A stretch of DNA of 64,000 nucleotides, from contig OZ037765.1 of NCBI GenBank assembly GCA_964035545.1, positions 11,976,698 through 12,040,697 on the forward strand, read 5' to 3'. Source of the DNA: Bugula neritina. Lineage: Eukaryota; Animalia; Bryozoa. Under the pieces are notes generated by a model. It made no database searches. It saw only the letters and a program-made list of their open reading frames with translations, and was not told the origin of the DNA. Shown here piece by piece: positions 11,679 through 23,495 of this stretch; position 1 is the first letter of the stretch; every line of letters begins with the position of its first letter. The position numbers and the translations under genes are program-made.

Positions 11679-14600
11679 CGCACGCACGCACGCACGCACA
11701 CGCACGCACACACACGCACACATTATGCATTTAATTATTTTGTGATTGCCATGATAAATAACTTGTCTCAAGAGGGCTACAGTTATGTAAGATTATACAG
11801 CTATTTTGAGAAAAGTTGTTGTTTTGTTAAACATCACTTAGCACATATTCTGTTACATTGAGCTACATATAGAGACTAAAAGAATAAAAACTGATAAAAA
11901 TGTAAATAAATTAATAATACAATTGCTTATATAGGTATTTCCCATTTGACACACAGAATTGTTCAATGTTGTTTGCATCATGGACATATGATGGATCAAT
12001 GCTCAACCTGATGCTGGTTGGCCCCAAAGGTGATTTGAGCAACTATGTGGCAAGCAGGTAACAGTTTTTATTAACATTTATATAGCTCTGCAAATTTTAT
12101 GGCAAAAATGTTTTATTTATCCTGTTAACAGCTTTTGCAAAAACTTCAATGTGATGCCAATTGCTTTTTAAATCACTATGATGTATTTTATTTTATTTAA
12201 GCAGGCCTGCCTCCTTTTACTCTTATGTTTCTTTAACCCCAACACTAATATTTGTCCCTCAAAAATTATCCATAATAAAAATTCACTCTTCTTGTGCAAT
12301 CACATGCTAGTCTAGCACTTGACCTATTAAAATTGCATTGCCCTACTTATAGGCTATGGTAATGTTGTAATAGTATAATAACTATTTAAAGCAAAGTATG
12401 AAAGTCGTAGTCAGAGTTGTGTGTTCCTGTCTGTTATAGTTCCTAATTTATAGTCTGCTCTGCATAACCATTTTGTAGACAAATGCTAGAAATTGGAGGA
12501 TTAGTTGCAATTGACAATTGTGCAAATTGGTAACAAATGCATTAGTTGTTATGTTGGTAATTATGAATAGTAAAAAGAACTTGTTATTAATATCGACCTA
12601 GTGCTATAATTATAGTTCACGTTGGTTTCTTGGTGACTCATTCAAGCTCATTAACCACTATTTGCTAAATATAATATTTCTTGCCAAGTCTTGACCCCAT
12701 AACACTCAATGTTTCAATTTATTATATACAGTATATAGTGACATTCTGCAATGTATGTTTTTGTTAACATATCACAACTTATAATAAAAATGCATAAGAT
12801 CTCTTATAACTACAGTATGTAATGATATACACTTACTGTAAATTTTAATTCAAGTTATTGTGGACTCATGGCAATACACAATAAACAAATTTTATATGCA
12901 TACATTGATGTGAGTGTGTTTATTAATTTATTATAAACTTGTGTTATTTGTTACTAACACAACATGCTTCCAATTTCTCTAATTAATATAAATGTTTGTT
13001 ACTAAGAGATTATTAATAATCTTACAAATTGCTTGAAAATATTACTAACTTGAATGCTGGGAAATAAAAATTATGAAATAGCTACACTGAAAATAACAAA
13101 AACCTTTTATCTTACTACATAAGTTGTACTCAGTATAAATTAACAGTTCATGCTTGTACTATACAGTGAATTTGAGTTGATTACGATGGAGGTGAGGCGA
13201 CACATTATATTCTACTCATGCTGTCCACATCCATATCCTGACATTACCTACTATGTACATATCAAAAGAAGACCAATGTTCTACGTGTTCAACATGCTGC
13301 TGCCGTGCTGCCTCATCACTCTCGTAGCTCTGCTAGGTACGGTGTGTGTATAATGCTCATCAGCTTATAACGTAAGCAAACTGCACTCAAAGTTCATTGC
13401 AGCTTATCAAATTCAACCAGGAAATATGGTATATAACCCATGCAGGAAATTCCTATCACAGGAAATATGTAGGGTGATTAGGGAATCCACAGCCTTGAAA
13501 TTATATTGCTCAGAAAATTTATATAGCCCAGTATATATATGAAATATATGCCCAAGAAATATATTGACCACTACAGTTAACTAATTTTAAACTATAATTA
13601 TTAAGCAATTATTGTTCAAAATCTCAGCACCAGATTTAAAAATACTGCAGAGAGATTAGACATTCTTTAATAGTAAAACTTCAGGTGATTACTAATTTAT
13701 TATTTAAAATTTTAAGCTATAATCTGAATATGTTATAAAATGTATGTTTCATTAAATAGCCAAAATTCATTGCTTATTTTAGGATTTTATATACCATCAG
13801 ACTCAGGAGAAAAAGTGACAATGGGAATAACAACGCTGCTGTCTATGACCGTATTTCTAATGTTAGTTACTGAAGCAATGCCACCTACTGCTGATCACTT
13901 GCCACTTATTGGTATGTCTCAAGAGTAAAAGATTTATTGTTATGAAATGGGAGCAAGTAAATAAATGTGAAATGAGTGTAAGCAATGGTTTTCTATTTGT
14001 AGGCATTTATTACTTCATCACCATAGGGATTGTATCATTGGCTACAGGTATGACTGTGTGTACATTAAACATCCATCACAAAGGCACTCGTGGCAAACTT
14101 GTACCACCGTGGGTAGAATTCATTTGTTTTAAAATATTAGCCAAAATATTTTGCATACCGATAGAGTATCCTGACGCCAACCTGTTGAAGGAACAGCCAT
14201 ACGTCTATCAGGTATTTCTGTCAGAATGTCTATATATAACTTTGCTTTACTAAAGCTGCCACTATGCCTTTCACACACAGCTTTATTACTTACATTACTC
14301 AATTCTGTTAATTTGGATTAATCTTATCACTAGTTATAGCAATCTATAATTTTGAACGCTGTAAAACAATGTTAAAAAAACAAAGAAAAGTAAAAACAAT
14401 ATTTTGTTCTAGAGATCAAGCTGCTTAAATCACAAGCAGCTCAAAGCATCTAGGCAGAAGAAAAAAAGTTCAAATGACTATTCGAAAAATGCTTATGAAA
14501 TGCAGGAGCAATTGATATCTCCTTCTCATTTGCATAGCAGAAAATTCCACGAGGAAAATAACTCATTGATGGCAAGTAGCTAAAATTTCATTTAGACTGG

Positions 14601-15481
14601 CAAGTATTATGTATGCAAAAAGAACTGTTTACTAAATATACTGTTTATGTGCCAGTAATTAGTGCTTAAAGAGTATTAACTACTTCAGTAGTACCAGGAG
14701 TTTTTATAAGCTGTAATGCCAAGGATTAATAATTTGCTATTTGCCACCTGTAGTTTTTGAATAAGTAATAAGATCCTGCATTCTATGTTGAAATCAGGAT
14801 TTTAATTATAAATTAATATGCTTGTTATATTTTGTTCTTACTTATCAATATTTCAGCTTACGAAAACTGGCATGTATTACAACGTTGCCTCATTTTGCTT
14901 TCTAAACTGACCCTCTAGATTCTAGAATGAGGTGGAAAAATCAGATAATTTAACCTATAGTTGCTGCTAAGAAGTTATTCATATAATGCTAACCTGCAAT
15001 CTGTTGACCAAATAAAATTTATTTATATTACATTCACCTTATAAAAACCATCAAATGTAAAATTTTAATGTTTAGTATAATTTATCTATGACATTTACTT
15101 TAGACTTCATCTGCACCATCAAGACAGAAGGCAACCAAGAATGGCCATCTGATCAACGGGTCTCAAGCTTTCCCTGACTCGAACAAATATTTCAATAATA
15201 CTCAGGGAGGATCGAATATACCCTGGCAAAAGTTAGACAACAGCAGCAATGTGAACACTACAGACAGTGACAAAATAGACAGCCATTTCTCCATGGTGTT
15301 TCAGACCATCTCAGAGTCTATTCTACACAACGAAATGCGTTTAGTTGAGCAAGACAGGAGAGATGCTATCAAACTGCAATGGCAACAAGTAGCCATTGTC
15401 GTAGACAGACTACTACTATTTCTATTTGTCACACTGACCATTGGGGTCACATTGGGATTGACCCTACAGGGAGTTATTTAA
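9034..15481 (+). CDS. Nicotinic acetylcholine receptor alpha subunit (alpha7/alpha9/alpha10-like clade), predicted cation-selective
   Basis: Exons 9034-9073, 9411-9559, 10716-10870, 11098-11217, 11935-12057, 13167-13336, 13783-13911, 14003-14211, 14413-14571 (GC donor), 15104-15481, all in phase. Signal peptide [20 protein letters not shown]; IDVDEKNQ; [12 protein letters not shown]; Cys-loop [15 protein letters not shown]; loop B SWTYDG; vicinal cysteines YSCCPHPY (alpha subunit); M2 [23 protein letters not shown]; M4 [16 protein letters not shown]. Confidence 0.96.
10622..10710. repeat. (TATAA/TGTAA/TGTGA)n pentamer microsatellite directly upstream of the nAChR exon 3 acceptor
   Basis: Visible degenerate pentamer repeat. 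Confidence 0.85.
11636..11722. repeat. (CA)n/(CACG)n microsatellite
   Basis: Direct inspection; intronic in the nAChR gene. Confidence 0.95.
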
Positions 15482-17032
15482 TAGGCAAAAAATCCTACAG
15501 TAGTGCATATTTTTCAACTAAAAAAATATGCTGAACAACTCGGATGTTCATCTGCAGAATTTAAGCAATATAAGTTTTAATAATTGGCTTAGGCAGGGCA
15601 AAAATATCACCTTATCATTAATTTAAATGTGTAGCAAGAGCTATGTTTAATACAACATATGATTCATGTGTTTAAAAGCACATGTCTCACCAGTTGAAGT
15701 GAGTAGGTTATATTACTTGTTATATTATGATAGTGCAAGAATTTGTCAAAATATTGGCATATGTGAAATAAATGACAACAAAACAGAAAACTTGTTTTCG
15801 TAAAATTTGCAATAGCATTGTCTTTACTTGCTTTACTAGTCTTGAGAGTGTTATTTTAAGATGACTTGAGGCAAGACATTTAGCATAATACTTGTTACAA
15901 ACGACTGAAATCTTAAATTTTTCTTTGAAAACACTAGCAGTGTACATGCAGTATTATTTTACTGTTTATGACTTTATTCCACCAACACCTAATGCCAAGA
16001 GGCTACACTGCCACACATTGTAGGAGGTTGAACTTGCCACTGGAATTAATGACTCACATTTATGTGACCAAGGTACTATTTATTGTTTATTGCAGGGAGG
16101 GAGGGGGGGGGAATAATTTGGTAAATATTGCAGTAATGATGAGCTAAATGCTAGATTTTAAAATAAGTAAATTAGATTATGCAGTCTTCATATAAATGTG
16201 TGAGTAAGTAACAGAATAAAGTTTATTTTTCCAGTTTAATGTGCTTGTAGTAGCAGGATTTGATATGAGATTATGTAACTCACAAGATGAAAGACGTAAA
16301 ATGTGGGAAGCTGATATAATACATGCAAAAAATAAGCTGTACCAGTAGAGTACAATTACTTCTAGACTATAACAAATCATGCATATAACATCTGTTAAAG
16401 AGAATAACTATCCATCTGCACTAAAAAGCAATGTAGACATTATACGATAATATACGAGTATTAGAACTCTTTTGTATTTCATACAATAAGTTACATATTT
16501 GCACAAAATCCTAAAGTACAAGGAATAACAAAAGAGACAAGTTTAAATAACTATTTGAAAGCATCGACTGCAGAATTTTTTCTGATCTCCACAAACATAC
16601 TTTGAAGAATAATTCCACATCGTACTTCAACAACCACTGATCCTAGCAAGAACTGCTATCTAGTGTCCCTGGTGCTTCCTCTTCAAATGAACAAGTAATG
16701 CTAGCACTTTTCTAAAACATAAACAGAATATATTTGGTTCTTAATCTAAACACCAATTAGTAATGTCGTACAGTTTGAAAGATATAAATTTTAGAGTGCA
16801 TGCACACTTTTTCCGTCAGAAGATTAAAGAATATTATGGTTTATGTGATTATTTTGAACAGAGGATTCAAGTTTGATGGGAAAAAAAGAGATTTGGAAGC
16901 AATCCAAATAATATGTAATTTCCCATAAAACAGGCTAACGGTAGATGTTGTATGTAATATCAAGATGATTAAAACAATAACCAACGTGAGTTAAAAAGCA
17001 TAACTATTCTACAACAAACCAGCTTACCAGGT

Positions 17033-18711
17033 TTAGCCAACTACATTACTAGCACGGCGCAGCTGTAACAACCCAGTAATGATGTCACTTGGAAGAGTTT
17101 TTATTTGGGCATACTCGTCAGCAGATGCATAACGCAGTTTGGTGTGCGGATCTACATATTTCGCCTTATAAATTAAAACATAATTGAAATTATATAATGA
17201 TTGAACATGTAACAAACGTTATACAATATATTATAAAAAAACCTTATAATGGGCAAAGCAGTAAATAAATTCACAAGTAATTTAAGAGACTTTCTAATTT
17301 GGCAGATATATTGAATATTCAACAACAAACTACTTTAAGTATGTTTTTGTATAGTGTTTCTTCATGCTAGATATATTTACTAGAGCTTAAGTTTTTTAGT
17401 GATATGAAAATACTAGCTAGTCGAAGGTCTGTAATTTAGCTACTTTGAACATTATTTTATTGACATACTGGTAATCCACTTATATCTGAATACTTCTTAG
17501 CGGGATAAAATGAAGGAGGGGCATCCAAACTAGAATCTAAAAAAAAATACAACCTAATAAAATATATTATCAATTATTTTGTAAAAATTATGAAAAAAGC
17601 TGCAATTTATCTTCACAAAACTAATATAAATTCTACGATTTCACACTGTAATGCTTTATAGTTCATAAATTTGTAGAGAAAAACCCAAAGGAGCTATGAC
17701 TTTGCCACAAATTGAGTAAACTTAATTTAAGATGAGCATTCCAAAAAAACATTATACAGTAAATCATAATATTGTACTATTTCAATAAACTGAATAAAAT
17801 GCAAGCTAAAACTCAAAAACTGCATTCTGTAAGACTGTACGACTTTTCATTTAATTCAATTAAAGCATTCATGCAGGTGACAAATTTTTTAATATTGACC
17901 AACATGTGACATCAGTAGGTTTCCATGGCAACGCTTTTTCTGCAGCTTGAATTTGTTTCAAATTTTTCCATAGCCTTCTCTTACTTGTAGCGGCTAGTTT
18001 CATCGAGTGCTGCATAATAACAAAATTACATTAATAGCATGCATAAGCTTAAATATACAAATGTTTATGTAAAAATTGGATTGACGATTGAATGCAATCC
18101 TATAAAAATAAATAACATGAAAATATAATTATTTAGGTTGAACATAGTATAACTTACCACAAAATTAGGGTTTTTAAATGAAGGTTGTTGAGGTGAATAT
18201 GATTGCTGGTTAGTTTCAACTGATTGACCAGCCTAAAAATATTTATACTAAATACAAACTCGGACACACCACTATTCCTCTACAGTCAACACATTTATAA
18301 AAAGAAATAATAATCAACCAGGAAAGTACTCATCCAAAAAAATGAAAAACTGTTTAGATTAAATAGAACACTTCTCACCAATTTTTGTTTTTTAAAACTT
18401 GGCTCCATTTGCTTTGGTAGTGCTGTTTAGCTAAGCACACGATAACAACAGATAGGAACTACAATATAAATTATATGATTGCTGCTATGGGGACAATGTG
18501 CTATTTTTATCCAACTGCAGTCACATGATGATACTGGGTTAGGATACTGGGTTAGGATAGCAAATGAAAAGTCATTAGCAAAGATTTTTTCGGCATACTT
18601 AATCTTATACCAATACTTAAACAACTAAATCATCATATAAAACTTCAGTTATTCACAGTAGTAATACAACTTTAACATTGATAAATCATAACTAATTAGG
18701 GTACCTGCCAT
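17033..18711 (-). CDS. INO80C: INO80 complex subunit C (Ies6, YL1_C domain)
   Basis: Exons 18711-18705 (ATG GCA G; tentative, alternative start is ATG at 18408), 18422-18379, 18232-18158, 18009-17904, 17536-17469, 17164-17033. Peptides FKNPNFVHS, RLWKNLKQIQAAEKALPW and YSSLDAPPSFYPAKKYSDISGLPAKYVDPHTKLRY..LPSDIITGLLQLRRA match the Ies6/INO80C C-terminus. Confidence 0.93.
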
Positions 18712-19157
18712 TCATTAGAAAGACTTACTATCTTTTAACATATTTCATATGTTATTATTATAATTGCTGTTTATCTCGGTAACCGCCCAAAATATTTTGT
18801 CAATTGAACAAAGAGGTTTATGCACTTAGTGTAGAGTTGTTCTAAAAATATGATAAAATCCGGAACTAGCATAGTATACATGCATTCTTGGCCTACAACA
18901 CAACACTTTGAACAACTTGAATCCTCATGGAATCTCAAACGATAAGATTAATGAATAATGGTAATATTTAAGGAACCCCCCACACTTTCCTTTAGACATT
19001 GGCCACTGGTTATAAATACATGTACTAACAATTTGAATTACAGTAATTGTAAGAGTAATACTAACTGATACTATCAATATTATGATCACTAGTTCAATAT
19101 GAGGTTGAACATAAAAACGACAAAATAAATATTAAATATGTTAGTAAAACTCAAACT

Positions 19158-19200
19158 GGTTTCATCCCAGATAGACGCTTTCCAGTTAGATGCTATTTTT
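19158..19200 (+). mobile_element. Solo terminal fragment of the MITE family seen intact at 48440-48892
   Basis: ggtttcatcccagatagacgctttccagttagatgctattt is nearly identical to the left end at 48440-48480. No partner end found. Confidence 0.7.
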
Positions 19201-20496
19201 ATTATTACAATTATTATTAATAATAATCAGTAATTAATTTTAATCAATTAAAATTACTAATTATTGTTCATCAACTATTATTATCATTTACTATAACTAT
19301 TATATAATATACTTATAAAATTATATTAAATTTAATATTTTTATCATCATTTTAAAAATATATAACAGTTGAAAGTAAAACTAAAAGTAAACCAAAAACC
19401 CAAAAACTAAAAGTATTGTGAAATTCAAATTGAATATTCGCAATTACCAACGGCAAGAGAATGAGGATGTGTTGAAATTTAATTTACTTCAAAGATGATC
19501 ATAATTATAAAGTTAAACTGTGGACTAAAACTAAAAGTAAAACATTAGGCTTAGCCTTAGGCTTAGACTCAGACTCAACTTAAAGTAAGACTAAGAGTAA
19601 GAGTAACACTAACACTAACAGTAACTGTAAGAGTTAGACTAAGACTAGAGTTAGCCAGTTAGGGCATTGATTTACAGGAAAACCTTATCACTATGATAAT
19701 CAATGACAACCACACTGAAAGTGAAAATTAACTTTTTGTTCTTCAAATTTAACATTCACGTGGTGATTGCACAGGGTTAAAGGGTAAATAAATCACTTTG
19801 TGTGATTGCACCCACTGAATTTTCACAACTCACTTTTCCATTTTTGTACGAGCACTAGATGAGGTGAAGGTCATGTATGTAGAACGGAGTCAACGCGATA
19901 ATCTTTTGGTCGATATTAAATTGTAACAATGTCTTTTCTTGACTTCGACCTATATAATATTAGTTCTAAACGCTCTTGTACAACGGTTCTAAATTATTTG
20001 ACCCCCAAGATCAGAGCGGCCTTTGCATAGACCTGGCAGTTGAGATGCTTGATTCGAGAGGTCGCAGATTTTTCTTTGCAAGAAATAGGTTCCTGCGCTA
20101 AATGTTACACCACCACGACATAATTTTACTAAATTGTGTTGAATTGAATGAAAATAGTGCTAGCGATAGTAACACTCAAACTTAAAATGATATTTAATCT
20201 CATATTTATACTGCTACTCAGTCTCATACTCATTGTGATACTGAATGTCATGCAGTAATACTCAAAAGTCATAACCCATGTCATAAATTAAAACTATAAC
20301 TCAAACTCAAAGCTTTTACTTTTAGTTTTAACTTTCAGTTTCAACTTTCAAGTTTTATAAGATTTACTTTTACTTTTAGATTAAGACAAGTCGAAGTTTT
20401 AGATTTACTGTTAGTCATATTCATAATTTATATACTTATAGTAGTATGACTATTAATATTACTATGTCTTATAGTTATTGTCTATAGTCACTTAAA

Positions 20497-20779
20497 TAGA
20501 AATGAAATTGCCCCCCCCCCCAAGAAGTCAAAATTCCCCCAAGGCCCAGGACTCGGGAGGGAATTCCCCCAGGTTGGGAACCACTGGTCTATTACTATAG
20601 CCATAGGAATGGCTTAAAGTTATATACTATGACTATAACTTTAAGTTATAGTCATAGTCTATAACTTTAAGCCATTCCTATGGCTATAGTAATAGACCAG
20701 TGGTTCCCAACCTGAGGGATTCCCTCCTGGGCCTTGGGGGAATTTTCATTTTGACTTTTTGGGGACAATTTCATTTCTA
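20497..20779. repeat. Foldback palindrome containing two copies of a hAT/Charlie-type terminus (CAGTGGTTCCCAACC), with element bodies extending away from the centre
   Basis: Arms 20570-20641 and 20643-20714 are reverse complements with one mismatch and a 1-nt spacer. Looser symmetry extends out to 20497 and 20779. Confidence 0.9.
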
Positions 20780-20869
20780 AAATTTTTACACAGTTTGTTC
20801 ACAATTTTTTAATTTTGGTCTCATTTGCTAAGTTACATATAGTTATACTTACTCGGAGTGATCATCACA

Positions 20870-21545
20870 CTGAACCGCCCTAGAGGGAGGAAGGGGTGTG
20901 GCCACATATGGGTAATATGTTGAATAGTCGTTGGTCAATAGTTGTACAGTTGATAATGGTTGGGCTGTATTTACTGAACAAGAACTTAATTCTGTCTATG
21001 TGAAGATCTCTGAATTATTGCTTTGATTGTAACCAATTTTCAGATCCCGGATAGTCCTTGGGAGAAAACTCTTCTGGTGCTTGCTACTGTTAGCACCCAC
21101 TGATGAGGACTGTCTCCTTGCTTGGGAGTTGGGAGCGTGTTGGTATAGTGCTGTTTGTTTGTTCAGCCGGTCATCTTAGGCAGAGCAGAGAGCTAGATGC
21201 TGTTCTTCTTTTGCCAACATCTTCATAAGGAGAATAATACATCTGGCTCTCTTTCTTTGTTCAAGGGGCTGTAGGCAGAGTTTCTTCACGACACTTTCGA
21301 CATCCTCGTGGCCTTTAATATTGGCTATTAATTGCACTGCATCCACTTGTATTCTTTCTAAGCCAGAAAAATCCTTCTTGCAGGTCGGGTCCCAAACTGC
21401 ATTAGGTGTGGTAGACACAAGGCTTTTTATGCAATCAATCATGCTCATTCGGTGGCCCAGTAAAGAGCTCTTATAATCCTACCCAATTGTCTTCTAGCAT
21501 TTAGTATTTTATTTGATATATGTTTGTTGAACCTGCAATCTGATA
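20870..21545 (-). mobile_element. Decayed non-LTR retrotransposon fragment (post-RT C-terminus of ORF2; CR1/L2-group-like)
   Basis: ORF 21448-21176 contains NAVWDP...LERIQ..AVQLI...LCLQPLEQRKRARCIILLMKM, resembling the typical 'YAS.VWDP....LE.VQ.RA.RF...L.W.SL..RR....L....K' LINE tail. Stop codons flank it. Confidence 0.75.
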
Positions 21546-23495
21546 CTATATTTATTTATATTATTATTATCATAGTTTATTAGTTTTAACTTATACTTAT
21601 AGTAATACTAATTATAATACTAGGAGTAAGAGTCATACCCATACTGATGCTGATAGTGATACTCATACTCAAACTAATGCATTTGTGAATGATGATAGTG
21701 ATACTGATAGTCGAAGTGATACTGATAATCATAAAGTTAAATGCTAAATGATAATCGTGCTGATAATGATGCTCACACTTTAAATATTAGACTTAGTAAT
21801 AGTTATATTAATACTAATATGTATACTATAACTATCTTATGGTCATTGTCTATAGTCAATTACATAGTTAAATGGTGATAGTTTATAATAATAAGTATAA
21901 GTTATGAATTACCACTACAAGGATATACTTATAGTATCAGTATTGACCATAACAATAAGTATAAGATCTAAATGTTACTCATTAAGTTTTGCTAATTAAA
22001 TTTGTATAATATTCACTGTTGCTATAAGTATAGTTATTTATATTGGTTTGGGTATGTCACTATAGTAATAATGTCATGAAGTTAAACAGCCAGTTGCAAA
22101 CATACACTTAAAAAGATAAATTGAAATCATTCAGTTTTGCGTTGACATTATGACTGTCTTTTGAACTTGATATTTATATTACTATTAGTAGTTTTTATTA
22201 GTATTAATCTTAGACAATAATTTTGAATATACATTCACGTTGTCATACTCATTTTGATGAAAATAATTCTAATGTTAATAATAAATAATATATATGCTAT
22301 ATAGAGAATCCAACTATTGAATGTAGCGTTCACACTCACTGTCACACTACCATTCACTAACAGTGTAACTGCTAGTCAAAGGATCAGTCAGATTCAGTTT
22401 CACTGTTTGAGCCAAACCGATATTTGCTTAGAGTGACAGCTATAATTTTATGAGTGCGAGCAAGAAGCCACAGGGTATAGGTCATAGTTAGACGCATACA
22501 CAAACACACACACATTATTATTTTCAAAGCAACAAATACTAAAGCAGTTAACAAAACAAAATTTAAATCACTGTTTGGCTCGAATCAACGTTTTTACTTT
22601 TAATACTGAGAAAAGTTGCACAAACTGAAATTGTTGAACAAGTTGAGACTCAAACTGGCAGAATTTCAGCCTTAATCTGAGAGTCAAACTAAGACAGTGC
22701 CATATCAGCTTACTTGTTCTATTATTGTTGTTTGATATAAAAATAATCTTAACCAAATTAACATGATTAAGTTTTACTTTTTAAAGGTTGGTACAAAATT
22801 AAAAAAAGGCAAGAATCACATAATGTAATACTCAAGAGCATCTACAATAAAAGGTCAAGATTATTTAATTTTCTCATTCACTGGTAAATTCTAGCTGAAA
22901 AATGAAACATCATTCTTTTATGTCGGGACCTAACTTTTTCAACTATCATGAGCTGGCTAAAAATTTAGCAACTAATACAATTCCAGTTCCATTTTAGGAC
23001 CAATACAACACTCATCGAAATTAATGGCATAACATTAAACAATAGCATATAAAAAAGAGACTCATTGCAAGCTGTCACGGGAGCTCACACAATTCAAAAT
23101 GCTTCTTGTGTTCCTAGAAATAAGACCAGACAACTGCTTTTTGTCATTTGGCATCTTCTTTATTTATATCCTGTTGCTAATCAACACCATTCAACAATTT
23201 TCCAAGTTTATAATTAATGTTGATAGTCGATTCTATTTTTGAAATTTGGTAGATTTTATTTATTGGTTGTGGTATTTAGTTTTAGGAAACTTCATTAGCT
23301 GTAAAAATTAGAATATTTGAAATATTTTTTTCAGAATTATAAGATTTAAAAGAATTGAAGCACACTTTAAAATAACAGACAGAAAATAGTTTTCTCTCAA
23401 CGTAGCTGCGTCAGTCCTTCAATGTGACTATACTGTATCTTAAAAGCATTTATTACATATTATTTTCCCTTTAGAACTGCATAAACAGAGAAAAA

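Noticed and set aside
11610-11861. His/Thr-rich ORF
   Set aside because: Translation of a (CA)n/(CACG)n repeat.
17919-17932. Consensus X-box GTTTCCATGGCAAC
   Set aside because: Encodes the conserved ALPW(K) of INO80C; probably coincidental.
19900-20150. snRNA or small gene in the CpG-containing stretch between INO80C and ASCC2
   Set aside because: No match to remembered U snRNA motifs and no convincing ORF; more likely promoter or 5'UTR sequence.
21099-21130. Hammerhead ribozyme core CTGATGAG
   Set aside because: No stem II followed by GAAA; lies within the LINE relic.
21919-21926. U12-type AT-AC donor (ATATCCTT on the - strand)
   Set aside because: No associated exon or U12 branch site/acceptor found; expected by chance in AT-rich DNA.
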